Source: an uncultured Marinobacterium sp. (GTDB lineage: Bacteria > Pseudomonadota > Gammaproteobacteria > Pseudomonadales > Balneatricaceae). Taken from it: a DNA stretch of 64,000 nucleotides. A program made the translations under genes and the position numbers. The stretch spans positions 348,016 through 412,015 of the forward strand of contig CANMWJ010000002.1 of the NCBI GenBank assembly GCA_947501565.1. The letters run 5' to 3'. Under the pieces are notes generated by a model. It saw only the letters and a list, made by a program, of their open reading frames with translations, made no database searches and was not told where the DNA came from. Each line of letters begins with the position of its first letter. The stretch's first letter is position 1. Below are positions 20,715 to 30,197 of the stretch, one piece after another.

Positions 20715-20730
20715 TGGCACAGCCCTTGCG
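20715..20730 (+). promoter_or_regulatory. Sigma-54 (RpoN) promoter of the aldehyde dehydrogenase gene
   Basis: TGGCAC-AGCCC-TTGCG is a consensus -24/-12 element. Located 45 nt upstream of ATG 20775. Confidence 0.6.
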
Positions 20731-20774
20731 CTACCCCGGTGACATTGCCAAAACAAAAACAAGAAGGTTTATCA

Positions 20775-22271
20775 ATGAGTTACACCGACACAGCGATGGC
20801 AGCGACCACTGCCTTTATCAATCAGGAACATAAGCTGTTAATTGGCGCAGAACGCTCACTGGCGGCTTCAGGTCGTACGATTAATGTTTACAATCCGGCC
20901 ACTGGAAAGGCGATCACCCAGGTCCCAGCAGGCGACAAAACAGAAATTGACCAGGCGGTTGCTGCTGCCCGACAGGCCTTTGATGACTCCGACTGGTCCC
21001 GCATGAAACCGGGCGACCGTGAGCGTCTGTTGTGGCGTCTGGCGGATCTGATCGAAGAGAATGCGGAACTGCTGGCGGAGATCGAATCGATCGACAACGG
21101 CAAAAGTAAAGCGATCGCACAGGCGGTAGATATCCGCCTCGCCACCGACTTCCTGCGTTATATGGCGGGCTGGGCGACCAAGATCGAAGGTCAGACCGTG
21201 AATCCAAGCCTGCCGTTTATGCCGGGCGCGGAAACCTTCGCCTACACCACCCGTGAAGCGGTAGGTGTCGTAGGCGCTATCGTGGCGTGGAACTTCCCGC
21301 TGCTGCTGGCCTGCTGGAAACTGGGCCCTGCCCTGGCAACCGGCTGTACAGTGGTACTGAAACCAGCCGAAGAAACCCCACTCACCGCCCTGAAACTGGG
21401 TGAATTGGTGCTGGAAGCGGGTTACCCGGCCGGTGTGGTGAACGTTGTTACCGGTGAAGGTCACGAAGCCGGTGCTGCCCTCTCCTCTCACCCGGATGTC
21501 GATAAGCTTACCTTCACCGGCTCCACCGAAGTGGGCAAGCTGATCGGTAAAGCGGCGATGGATTCCATGACCCGCGTGACCCTGGAGCTGGGCGGTAAGT
21601 CACCGACAATCGTAATGCCGGATGCGGACCTGACTGTCGCGGCACAAGGCGCGGCGAACGCCATCTTCTTCAACCACGGCCAGGTGTGCTGCGCCGGTTC
21701 CCGCCTGTACGTGCATAAGAAACACTTCGACCGCGTGGTGGCCGATGTCAGCGATATCGCCGCGAATCTGCCGATGGGACACGGCCTGGATATGAACGCC
21801 CAGATGGGACCGCTGGTCTCTGCTCGTCAGCAGGAGCGCGTGCAGGGTTATATCGATCAGGGTATCGCAGCAGGCGCTACCGCGACTGTAGGTGGATCGG
21901 CCTATAACGGCGAAGGTTACTACGTGAAACCAACGGTTCTGGTGGATGTGGATCAGCAGTCTGCTGTGACTCGTGAGGAGATCTTTGGCCCGGTTCTGGT
22001 GGCGATGCCGTTTGACGATATGGATGAAGCGATCCGTATCGCCAACGACAGTCAGTACGGTCTGGGTGCCAGCATCTGGTCCAACAACCTGTCGGAAGTG
22101 CACCGCATGATCCCGCGTATCAAGTCCGGCTCAGTTTGGGTGAACTGCCACACCGCGCTTGATCCGTCCCTACCGTTCGGTGGCTTTAAGCAGTCCGGTC
22201 TCGGTCGCGAGATGGGGCGTGAAGTGCTGGAGCACTACACCGAGGTGAAGTCTGTGGTGATTAATCTCTGA
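20775..22271 (+). CDS. NAD(P)-dependent aldehyde dehydrogenase
   Basis: ALDH catalytic Cys (QVCCAGS), Glu (ELGGKSP) and GxGxxG-like NAD motifs. Start reset to ATG 20775 with an AAGAAGG SD; the track ORF begins at 20574. Confidence 0.8.
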   Translation: MSYTDTAMAATTAFINQEHKLLIGAERSLAASGRTINVYNPATGKAITQVPAGDKTEIDQAVAAARQAFDDSDWSRMKPGDRERLLWRLADLIEENAELLAEIESIDNGKSKAIAQAVDIRLATDFLRYMAGWATKIEGQTVNPSLPFMPGAETFAYTTREAVGVVGAIVAWNFPLLLACWKLGPALATGCTVVLKPAEETPLTALKLGELVLEAGYPAGVVNVVTGEGHEAGAALSSHPDVDKLTFTGSTEVGKLIGKAAMDSMTRVTLELGGKSPTIVMPDADLTVAAQGAANAIFFNHGQVCCAGSRLYVHKKHFDRVVADVSDIAANLPMGHGLDMNAQMGPLVSARQQERVQGYIDQGIAAGATATVGGSAYNGEGYYVKPTVLVDVDQQSAVTREEIFGPVLVAMPFDDMDEAIRIANDSQYGLGASIWSNNLSEVHRMIPRIKSGSVWVNCHTALDPSLPFGGFKQSGLGREMGREVLEHYTEVKSVVINL

Positions 22272-22279
22272 TTTGTACT

Positions 22280-22309
22280 GCTGGCGGTGTAAGTTGTTGC
22301 ACCGCCAGC
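22280..22309. terminator. Convergent-gene hairpin between the ALDH and ECF sigma genes
   Basis: Perfect 10-bp stem GCTGGCGGTG/CACCGCCAGC. No strong U-run. Confidence 0.35.
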
Positions 22310-22322
22310 GCTGTGAGCAAGA

Positions 22323-22877
22323 TTAGCAACGCCTGCACCCAACGGCTTTTGGGTTGTAATCCATCACATTTCCTTTCCCGTCCACCTCCAGATGGCAACA
22401 ATCCTCGAATAGATCGCGCAGCTGTACCCTGCCCCGCTGCACGCGGGATTTCAGCGCGGAATAGCTGATGCCCAACTCTTCGGCATAGCTTTTTTGAGCG
22501 CGACCTTCGATATCGATTGCACGCAGAAGTTGTGCTGTTTCCGGCGGTAGCGCATCGATGAACGGAAGGATGCAGCCGCTAAGTGAGGCCTGCACCCTTT
22601 CAGGTTCAGATTCAAGGTTCCCGTACCACAGGTCATCCGCTTCTACCGGGGGCTGGCGACCACGCTTGCGGTAGAAATCGATGACCGTATTGTTTGCGAG
22701 TCGCATCAGCCAGGGTTTAAGTTTGTCGCGCGTCTGCAAGGTGCCGATCTGCTGATGGGTTTTCAACAGGATCTCCTGAAGCAGATCATCGGCGTCTGCC
22801 GGATTCGCTATTTTAGCGTGTAGCAGTGCTTTCAGGTTATCTCCGTAGGCCTGCCAGACCTGTTCAATATTCGTCAT
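22323..22877 (-). CDS. ECF-type RNA polymerase sigma factor with C-terminal Cys-rich extension
   Basis: Sigma-70 regions 2 and 4 (DLLQEILLKTHQ..., YAEELGISYSALKSRVQRGR). A CCHLEVDG...CRRC tail follows. Confidence 0.7.
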   Translation of the reverse strand: MTNIEQVWQAYGDNLKALLHAKIANPADADDLLQEILLKTHQQIGTLQTRDKLKPWLMRLANNTVIDFYRKRGRQPPVEADDLWYGNLESEPERVQASLSGCILPFIDALPPETAQLLRAIDIEGRAQKSYAEELGISYSALKSRVQRGRVQLRDLFEDCCHLEVDGKGNVMDYNPKAVGCRRC

Positions 22878-22933
22878 ATTTTTATTGAGTTTGTGACGCT
22901 GCGCCCTTTAAGAACGCAGCCAGGGTTCAGATC

Positions 22934-23635
22934 TTAACAGCAGTTCCCGGTGCTGCAGGCATCGTCTACGCTGCTGGTACACACATCGCCGCGATGCCCC
23001 AGATAGGTTTCATCCGACAGATAAAAATCGGTAAACGCTTGCTCAAAGTCTGCGGAGACCGATTGTTCAGCCAGCCCAGACGCCAGCAATGTACCCTGCC
23101 ATGTTTTCAGCTTAGGGTATGCCGCCAGGAAATCGTAACAGGTGTGTTTCTCGATCAAAGCAGCGCGGTGCAGCAGTGGCAACCAGGCCATATCAACCAT
23201 TCCCGGCCTTTGGCTCTGGAAATACGGTGTGTCAGTCAGCACATTCTCAATGGCGGCAAAAGCTTTTTCCAGTTTTACGCTACGTTCATTCAGTAACGCT
23301 TCGGTAGGACTGCGCTGGGCACTGCACTGGGTTAGATAGTTCTTAGCGGCCAGGTAGCTCCAGGCACGGTGTTGCGCGCGCCGCTCGGCACTTAGATCCG
23401 GTTGCAGTGGTCCGTACGCCTCTTCGATGTATTCGGAGATGGCATCTGACTCGAACAGTACGGTGCCGTTATCCGTGATCAGCAGCGGCACCTGTCCATG
23501 CGGAGAGATCTCCAGAAACCATTGGGGTTTGTCACGCAGGCTGATGTATTCGACCTCGTAGGGAAGGTCCTTCGCCTCCAGCAGCGCAGTGACACGTTGA
23601 ACAAAGGGGCAGATGGTAAAACTAACAACTTTCAT
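22934..23635 (-). CDS. Glutathione S-transferase family protein
   Basis: N-terminal thioredoxin-like GST fold: SFTICPFVQRV...VPLLI...ESDAISEYI. Confidence 0.7.
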   Translation of the reverse strand: MKVVSFTICPFVQRVTALLEAKDLPYEVEYISLRDKPQWFLEISPHGQVPLLITDNGTVLFESDAISEYIEEAYGPLQPDLSAERRAQHRAWSYLAAKNYLTQCSAQRSPTEALLNERSVKLEKAFAAIENVLTDTPYFQSQRPGMVDMAWLPLLHRAALIEKHTCYDFLAAYPKLKTWQGTLLASGLAEQSVSADFEQAFTDFYLSDETYLGHRGDVCTSSVDDACSTGNCC

Positions 23636-23729
23636 GTGGTGTCTTTCCTCAGGTTTTTAAGGTTCCTAGACAAAAGACGTCAGTGGTCGGGAAAAGACGC
23701 AAAAAACTGCGCGGTTCATTAAAAACTTT

Positions 23730-23799
23730 GTTGGGCATCGCTGCGCGATGGCCAACCTACGGAGCGCGTAGGTTGGCGACGAGCGAAGCGACTCCCAAC
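23730..23799. repeat. REP inverted pair (one unit of each REP family)
   Basis: GTTGGGCATCGCTGCGCGATGGCCAACCTAC + GTAGGTTGGCGACGAGCGAAGCGACTCCCAAC. Confidence 0.7.
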
Positions 23800-24069
23800 A
23801 TTTCGATGTAAATAGCAGCCCCGCAATAAGCAGCGCGCTGTAGACCTACTAAATACGCCTCCTTACAAACTTTGCAATTCTTCTGTCTCACGCCTACAAT
23901 GCCCGCCGTTTTCACTCATCTAATCTGTAAAGGAGGTTCATCATGCGACAGCACGTATCCCTTTGCAGGTCCGCTCAGGTTTAACGCTTTAGCTTCACCT
24001 TTTAGTTTTAGCCGTTAACTAACCTGACTTTGTTGGCCTGCCAATCCGCTTTTTTGTTTTTACTGAACA

Positions 24070-25230
24070 TTGGAATTGGTTATGGGCACTACACCTCAAA
24101 CTATTTCTGCATCTGTGTGCGTGATCGCCAACGACGACACATGGATCGAATCCAGCGCGGTACAGCAGCTGGAAAAAACGTCCCAACTCAAGGGCATCAC
24201 CCATGCCGCCGGCATGCCAGATCTGCATCCGGGACGCGGTTATCCGATCGGCGCGGTCTTTCTCTCTGAGGGTTATGTCTACCCTGCCCTGGTCGGTAAC
24301 GATATCGGCTGTGGTATGTCGCTGTGGCAGACTGACTTGAAAAGCCGCAAGGTCCATCTCGACAAGCTGGAGAAACGCCTGATGGGCTTAGACGATCTGC
24401 TGGACGAGAGTTGGGCCGAGCTGATCGAACGTGAACAGCAGGCGCGCGATATTAATTCGACCGCCTTTGATCGTTCACTGGGCACCATCGGTGGTGGCAA
24501 TCATTTTGCCGAGCTGCAGCAACTTGACGAGATCTACGATGCTGACGCCGTGACAGCAGCAGGCCTGATAAAAGATAAGCTGGTGCTGCTGGTACACAGC
24601 GGTTCACGTGGCTTGGGTGAACGCATCCTGCGTTCTCATGTCGACCGGTTTTCCCATGCGGGTTTACCGACCGATACCGAAGCATTTGATCAGTATCTGG
24701 ATCGTCACAATCAGGCGTTACGCTTTGCTGAGTTGAACCGCGCGTTGATCGCCCGGCGTATGCTGGAAGCGCTTAAAGCAGATGGCAGCATGCTGCTGGA
24801 TATCAACCATAACCTGGTCGAGCAGATCGATCAGGCAGACTGCAGTGGCTGGATTCACCGCAAAGGCGCGACACCAGCCGACCGTGGTCTGGTGATGATC
24901 CCTGGCTCACGTGGCGATTACAGCTATCTGGTGCGCCCGAAACCCAGCGCAAGCAGTCTCTACTCGCTTGCTCACGGCGCAGGACGTAAATGGCAACGGA
25001 CTGAATGCAAAGGCCGTCTCGATAAGCGCTACCGCGTGAAGGATCTCGAACGCACCCGTTTCGGCAGCCGGGTAATCTGCAAAGATAAAGCGCTGATCTA
25101 CGAAGAGGCACCGGATGCGTACAAACATATCGACTCGGTTATTGCTGCGATGCTGGACGCCGATCTGATCGAGCCGGTCGCACGCTTTAAACCGGTACTC
25201 ACCTACAAAACTCAGGGAGGATGTTGCTGA
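24070..25230 (+). CDS. RtcB-family RNA ligase, release-factor-H-coupled type (RtcB2)
   Basis: RtcB motifs (MPDLHPGRGYPIGAV, NDIGCGM, HSGSRGLG, HGAGR). Immediately upstream of prfH. Start is TTG 24070 or ATG 24082. Confidence 0.75.
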   Translation: MELVMGTTPQTISASVCVIANDDTWIESSAVQQLEKTSQLKGITHAAGMPDLHPGRGYPIGAVFLSEGYVYPALVGNDIGCGMSLWQTDLKSRKVHLDKLEKRLMGLDDLLDESWAELIEREQQARDINSTAFDRSLGTIGGGNHFAELQQLDEIYDADAVTAAGLIKDKLVLLVHSGSRGLGERILRSHVDRFSHAGLPTDTEAFDQYLDRHNQALRFAELNRALIARRMLEALKADGSMLLDINHNLVEQIDQADCSGWIHRKGATPADRGLVMIPGSRGDYSYLVRPKPSASSLYSLAHGAGRKWQRTECKGRLDKRYRVKDLERTRFGSRVICKDKALIYEEAPDAYKHIDSVIAAMLDADLIEPVARFKPVLTYKTQGGCC

Positions 25231-25844
25231 TGCTTATTCAGATCACCGCCGCGCAAGGTCCGGATGAGTGCGCCCGGGCGGTTTACCTCGCGCTGCAGGC
25301 GTTTTGTGACGAAGCACAACGTGCTGGCCTCTCCATCTCCCTGCTTGAGCAGGAGGCCGGCGCTAAGTCAGGAACCTATCAGTCGGTATTAGTGGCGCTT
25401 GAAGGCGATGGTGCCGAGAGCTTCATTACCGACTGGCATGGCAGCATCCAGTGGACCTGCCCCAGCCCCTACCGTCCACGTCATAAACGCAAAAACTGGT
25501 TTATCGGCTTTAATCGGTTTGAGCGCCCCTCGATCGAATCTGATATGCAGATCCGTTACGAAAGCTGCCGGGCATCCGGCCCCGGTGGGCAACACGTCAA
25601 CAAAACCGATTCGGCGATCCGGGCGACGCATATAGCGTCTGGATTATCGGTTAAGGTGCAGTCCGAGCGTAGCCAGCACGCCAATAAACGGCTGGCGCAA
25701 CAGCTTATTGCGCTTAAATTGCAGCAGGCTGCGGAACAAAGCCAGGCTGACGCACGTACCCGACAGCGGGATCAACACCTCCAGCTGGAGCGCGGTAATC
25801 CGGTCCGGGTTTACAAAGGAGAAACCTTTGTACGCGTCAGGTAG
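25230..25844 (+). CDS. prfH: Peptide chain release factor H (PrfH)
   Basis: GGQ motif (GPGGQHVNKTDSAIR). N-terminus MLIQITAAQGP resembles E. coli PrfH. GGAGG SD; the start overlaps the rtcB2 stop. Confidence 0.75.
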   Translation: MLIQITAAQGPDECARAVYLALQAFCDEAQRAGLSISLLEQEAGAKSGTYQSVLVALEGDGAESFITDWHGSIQWTCPSPYRPRHKRKNWFIGFNRFERPSIESDMQIRYESCRASGPGGQHVNKTDSAIRATHIASGLSVKVQSERSQHANKRLAQQLIALKLQQAAEQSQADARTRQRDQHLQLERGNPVRVYKGETFVRVR

Positions 25845-25997
25845 CTGGCAACTGCGTAAACGGTGGGCGGTCTCAGGCCGTCTCGCCGACTTTGTCCTCC
25901 ATCCACCGCACAGCCCTATAAAACTTTCAGCTAAATCCGTCGTTCCGCCGTTACAGAGCAAAAACAACTAAGCTGCTTTGTAAGACAGGAGAGAAAG

Positions 25998-27455
25998 ATG
26001 AAGCGTCGTACTCTGGTTAGCGGACTACTCTCTGCGCCCCTGTGGGCGCAGATACCTTTGGCATCTGCCCGCTCGCAACAAGCGCAGCTGGTCGATATGT
26101 TGGTCAACACGCCACGTGACAAACTTCAGCCCTGGGTGGTTGAGCAGATCCGCAGCGGTCGCCTGCGCAAACCGGAATTGATCAAAGCGCTGCTCAGCGC
26201 CGGTGTTAGCCATATCGAACCACGCCCCGTGGGGTTTAAATACCATGCGGTGTTGATGGTCGATGCAGCGCGACGTTTATCACTGCAAGCTGAAGGGGTC
26301 GCCAACTGGATACCGATCCTCTGGAATGTAGACTACTTCAAGCACAGTCAGGCACGCAGTCTACGCAGTTCGGGCTGGCATCTGGGAAACGCAGCGGCGG
26401 AACTGCCCTCTCTTAACAACGCCCCCAATGTTTTTAATCAGGGAATGCAGGCTAAAACCTGGTTACAGGCTGATCGCGCAATAACCCGAATGGCCCGCTC
26501 AGGTAGCATGAGCGCCGCCTTCGAGCTGATGCTGGAATGGGCGATACGTGATTTTCACTCGATTGGTCACAAAGCGATCCTGCTGAGCGGCGTGTGGCGC
26601 TGCCTGGAGTACAGCGGCTGGCGAGAGAGTGAAACCATCCTGCGCGGCGTGACATATGCCCTGCTTGCCGACGGTAATGTGTCTGCGGATCGCAATCAGG
26701 GTTGGTGGGAGCAGGACTATCCGCTCAATCTACCGTTAAGCGAACAGATTCCTGCTACCGCCTTCAGGCACGAGTATTCTGAGAAAAATACGCTGAGTTT
26801 GTTGAAGAGTTTGCGTAGCGATAATGCACGAACCAGCAGCGAACACGCGGCAGGACTGCTAAAAAGTGGCATGCCTGTTCAGGCTCTTTGGGATGCCGTT
26901 TTCCTGGCTGCCGCAGATACGGTGATGAACCGCCCTACCATACCGAGCCTGCACGCAGTGACGGTAAGCCACGCTCTGCACAGCTTATGGCAACGTACAG
27001 CAAACCCAACCATGCGCCGAGTAATTCCCCTTCAGGCGGTCAGCTACGTGGTACAGATGAAACAACAGCGATTCGGTGGTGGCTGGAACGGCCTGGATAT
27101 CCTCAATCTCAGAGCGGAGTCGCAAGCAGCTGCGTCCCTGACCGATCAATTTGAAGATCTGGGTGAGAATATCGGTACATCTCCCGAGGATGCACGACTC
27201 CTGCTGCAACGTTACCCGATCAGCGACGAATGGTGGCGTCTGAAACAGCAACTCAATCACTGGTTACTCTACAAATCTAATCAGGCTCACGACTTCAAAT
27301 TCGGTGCCGCGGTGCTGGAATCGGTGGAGTGGATCTCACCTCAATGGCGCACGCCCTACCTCGCTGCCTGCTCACGTTTATTGAAAGGCAGCAATATGCC
27401 CGATAGCGTTGAGGCCCAGAATATTGAGCTTTGGCTGGGTGATGCATTCAGTTAG
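25998..27455 (+). CDS. Hypothetical exported protein (possible Tat signal KRRTLVSGLL)
   Basis: ATG with AGGAGAGAAAG SD, signal peptide ending ASA. No recognisable domain. Confidence 0.45.
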   Translation: MKRRTLVSGLLSAPLWAQIPLASARSQQAQLVDMLVNTPRDKLQPWVVEQIRSGRLRKPELIKALLSAGVSHIEPRPVGFKYHAVLMVDAARRLSLQAEGVANWIPILWNVDYFKHSQARSLRSSGWHLGNAAAELPSLNNAPNVFNQGMQAKTWLQADRAITRMARSGSMSAAFELMLEWAIRDFHSIGHKAILLSGVWRCLEYSGWRESETILRGVTYALLADGNVSADRNQGWWEQDYPLNLPLSEQIPATAFRHEYSEKNTLSLLKSLRSDNARTSSEHAAGLLKSGMPVQALWDAVFLAAADTVMNRPTIPSLHAVTVSHALHSLWQRTANPTMRRVIPLQAVSYVVQMKQQRFGGGWNGLDILNLRAESQAAASLTDQFEDLGENIGTSPEDARLLLQRYPISDEWWRLKQQLNHWLLYKSNQAHDFKFGAAVLESVEWISPQWRTPYLAACSRLLKGSNMPDSVEAQNIELWLGDAFS

Positions 27456-27512
27456 AGTATCGCGGTAACCTATTGATAATATTAAACAATACAGGATTAC
27501 ACAGGTCAGGTA

Positions 27513-28037
27513 ATGAAAATAAGGCAATCAACCGATACGGATACGGCAGCGATCCACGATTTGCATCTCAACGCGTTTGGTGAGGAGGAAGCTGCAGTGG
27601 TTGCACAACTCGCCGTGGACCTGATGCAGGATAAGACGGCGCAACCGGCTTTGTCATTGGTGGCTGTTGATCAGGATGAGATTGTCGGCCATATCCTCTT
27701 TACCACGGTGACCGTAAGCGGATCATCGATCGAAAACGCCTATATCCTCTGCCCGCTCGCCGTAGCGAGCAAGCTGCAACGGAGTGGCGTAGGAACCGCC
27801 TTGATTCAGGAGGGGCTCGATATTTTGAAAGGACGTGAAGCTAGCTTTGTAATGGTGCTGGGTGATCCCAACTACTATTCGCGGGCCGGATTCAACGCAG
27901 ATCACAAGATCAGCCCACCCTATGAGATCGCTTATCCCGAAGCCTGGCTGGCTCAGGAGCTGAAAGACGGCGCATTGAACGGCCTGAAAGGTACGATCCA
28001 ATGTGCCGATGCACTGCACTCACCGGCACTTTGGTAA
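27513..28037 (+). CDS. GNAT family N-acetyltransferase
   Basis: Acetyl-CoA binding motif (QRSGVGTALI) and typical 174-aa length. Confidence 0.65.
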   Translation: MKIRQSTDTDTAAIHDLHLNAFGEEEAAVVAQLAVDLMQDKTAQPALSLVAVDQDEIVGHILFTTVTVSGSSIENAYILCPLAVASKLQRSGVGTALIQEGLDILKGREASFVMVLGDPNYYSRAGFNADHKISPPYEIAYPEAWLAQELKDGALNGLKGTIQCADALHSPALW

Positions 28038-28144
28038 ACCGTATGCAGCGATATCGATGAGCAGTACGGCGCCTTAAAGCATGTCTGCTTTGCCAAACTG
28101 CTCATTGCTGAAAGCGTTTAAGGGGTTAAAAGGTGTTAGAGGGT

Positions 28145-28939
28145 TTAACGACCGCTATACACCGGATCGCGTTTCTCCAGAAAGGCGTTCACCCCTTCTA
28201 CACAATCTTCCGAGTTCTGAATCAACGCAAACTGATCCATATCCGCATGGGCGCTGGTTCCGTTCAGTGCGTTAGCATGGGCGTTGATCGCCGATTTACA
28301 CATATGCACGCTGTTAGGCGGTAGCTCTGCGGTACGTCTGGCGAGTTTCATCGCCTCTTCTACCGCTGTGCCTTTTGCTACCAAGTAATCGGCAATGCCC
28401 CAGGATTCAGCGGTATTAGCAGATAGCTGCTCCGCCAACACAACGATCCGCTTCGCTCGCGAAGGCCCAACCAGGTTAGTGATACGCGGAATCGAACCCC
28501 AGCTCATATTAAAGCCGCGCTCCACCTCCGGCACATAGATATGGGTATCTTCGGCGATAACACGCAGGTCACAAGACACAGCCAATGCAGCTCCGCCACC
28601 GGCACACCAACCTTCTACGGCAACAATGGTCAGCGGTTCCAACTGCTCCCATGCGTTACACATCTTCGGACCAATCTTCAGTGCGCGTCGACGTTCAGAG
28701 AGATTACCGGTGGCGCTTTGCAGTACCTCCTCGTCTTTCAGGTCCATACCGAGACAGAAGTTATCTGCACGCCCGGTCAGTACGATGGCGCTGAGCGTGG
28801 GATCATCCGCCAACTCCTCAGCCACCGCAGTCAGTTCACGCATCAGCGCAAATGAGAGCGTATTAGCGCTGTTCTGACGGTCAAAACGTACCACAGCGAT
28901 ACGATCCTGTTTCTCTAAGGTTACCTGGCTATATCCCAT
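28145..28939 (-). CDS. Enoyl-CoA hydratase/isomerase (crotonase) family protein
   Basis: Crotonase fold motifs (CAGGGAALAVSCDLRV, NMSWG). ATG 28939 has a GAGGA SD; the track TTG is at 28975. Confidence 0.7.
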   Translation of the reverse strand: MGYSQVTLEKQDRIAVVRFDRQNSANTLSFALMRELTAVAEELADDPTLSAIVLTGRADNFCLGMDLKDEEVLQSATGNLSERRRALKIGPKMCNAWEQLEPLTIVAVEGWCAGGGAALAVSCDLRVIAEDTHIYVPEVERGFNMSWGSIPRITNLVGPSRAKRIVVLAEQLSANTAESWGIADYLVAKGTAVEEAMKLARRTAELPPNSVHMCKSAINAHANALNGTSAHADMDQFALIQNSEDCVEGVNAFLEKRDPVYSGR

Positions 28940-29050
28940 CAGCCATATCCTCTGTCGCGAAAAGTGATCTGACAATTTAGTTGATGTTTCATTGAATCGC
29001 TACAGAGAAAGAGCATGCTTGGGGTTAAACATGCAGTTGTGATTCTAGTC

Positions 29051-29131
29051 GTTGGGAGTCGCTTCGCTCGTCACCAACCTACACGATGATTGGGTTTCGT
29101 AGGTTGGCGACGAGCGTTAGCGACTCCCAAC
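29051..29131. repeat. REP inverted pair (GTTGGGAGTCGCTTCGCTCGTC.CCAACCTAC family)
   Basis: Two units in head-to-head orientation, 16-nt spacer. Confidence 0.7.
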
Positions 29132-29161
29132 ATCAACAAGTAAGCTTGTGGTACTCGAACG

Positions 29162-30172
29162 TCACACCCAAACCCTATATACCTTCTCACCAACCCTTTC
29201 ACAGCAGATCGCCACGCCGGTGATCTGCTCAATCACCGCACGATTGGTTTCAAAATGTTGTGTCGGGGTTGTGGTTGTAAACTCCCCCTTCCCTGCCAGC
29301 AGCAACGGAATCAGTAGTTGATCCGCCAGATGTTCTTCGACCTGCGCGCCGAAGTTCAGAAAACGCTTCACGCAACCGACAGAACGTCGGGCGACCTTTT
29401 CCGCTGACAAACCGACCTTTCCTGTGGTTTCAAATACGCTTTTGTGGCTACCGTGGGGGATAAGCAACATAAAGGCATTTCCCGGCCCCGGTGTGCGCAC
29501 CATACGGACCTCTGCAAGTGCATCGTTCCAGCCAGTTCTGATTCTAGCTTCCGCCACTTCCCGCTCTGCGATGGAGCGATCCAGCCTGCTGACCAGTGCC
29601 TGCATATGACCGATGTCCGATGCTGGCTTGTTAACCGATAGCGGGTGTAAGGCTGCGGGCTGAATTTCCAGATGCCAGCAACCGCCACCCGCGGGATAGA
29701 ATCCCAAGCGTTCGGTTTCGAGTTTGTACTCAAGCCCAAACGCTGCCAGCAGCGGCAGAAAGGAGCTCTGAAGAAAGGTCAGTGAAGGCGACATCCCGTT
29801 ATGGGTGCCGCCTTCGAATGTAACCCGTGAAGGGGCCTGCGCACCCATCAGCAGTGGCAGCACGGTCTGGCAGACTAGCGTAGTGCTGCCCGCGCTGCCG
29901 ATGGCGAAGTGATAGTCCCCTGCCTGAATCGGACCGGGGTTGAACCGCAGTCGCAGGGAACCCAGCTCAAGCCCGTCCATTTGTGCGTTGGTAATCTGCT
30001 GTACCGCACGCGCAGCAGTCAGGTGCTGGCGCAACAGGCCTGGTTTGGGACGCCCGGCACGGATATTAATGATTTCTATATCGATGCCGTAGAGCGCCGC
30101 CAGCGTGAGCGAGGTGCGCAGCACCTGACCGCCGCCCTCGCCCTGCGCACCGTCGATGGTCAGAAACTCCAT
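29162..30172 (-). CDS. rtcA: RNA 3'-terminal phosphate cyclase RtcA
   Basis: MEFLTIDGAQGEGGGQVLRTSLTLAAL matches the RtcA N-terminus. AGGAAAGGAA SD. The track ORF is extended 13 codons further 5' to 30211. Confidence 0.85.
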   Translation of the reverse strand: MEFLTIDGAQGEGGGQVLRTSLTLAALYGIDIEIINIRAGRPKPGLLRQHLTAARAVQQITNAQMDGLELGSLRLRFNPGPIQAGDYHFAIGSAGSTTLVCQTVLPLLMGAQAPSRVTFEGGTHNGMSPSLTFLQSSFLPLLAAFGLEYKLETERLGFYPAGGGCWHLEIQPAALHPLSVNKPASDIGHMQALVSRLDRSIAEREVAEARIRTGWNDALAEVRMVRTPGPGNAFMLLIPHGSHKSVFETTGKVGLSAEKVARRSVGCVKRFLNFGAQVEEHLADQLLIPLLLAGKGEFTTTTPTQHFETNRAVIEQITGVAICCERVGEKVYRVWV

Positions 30173-30197
30173 AACTATTCCTTTCCTGTTCCGATCC

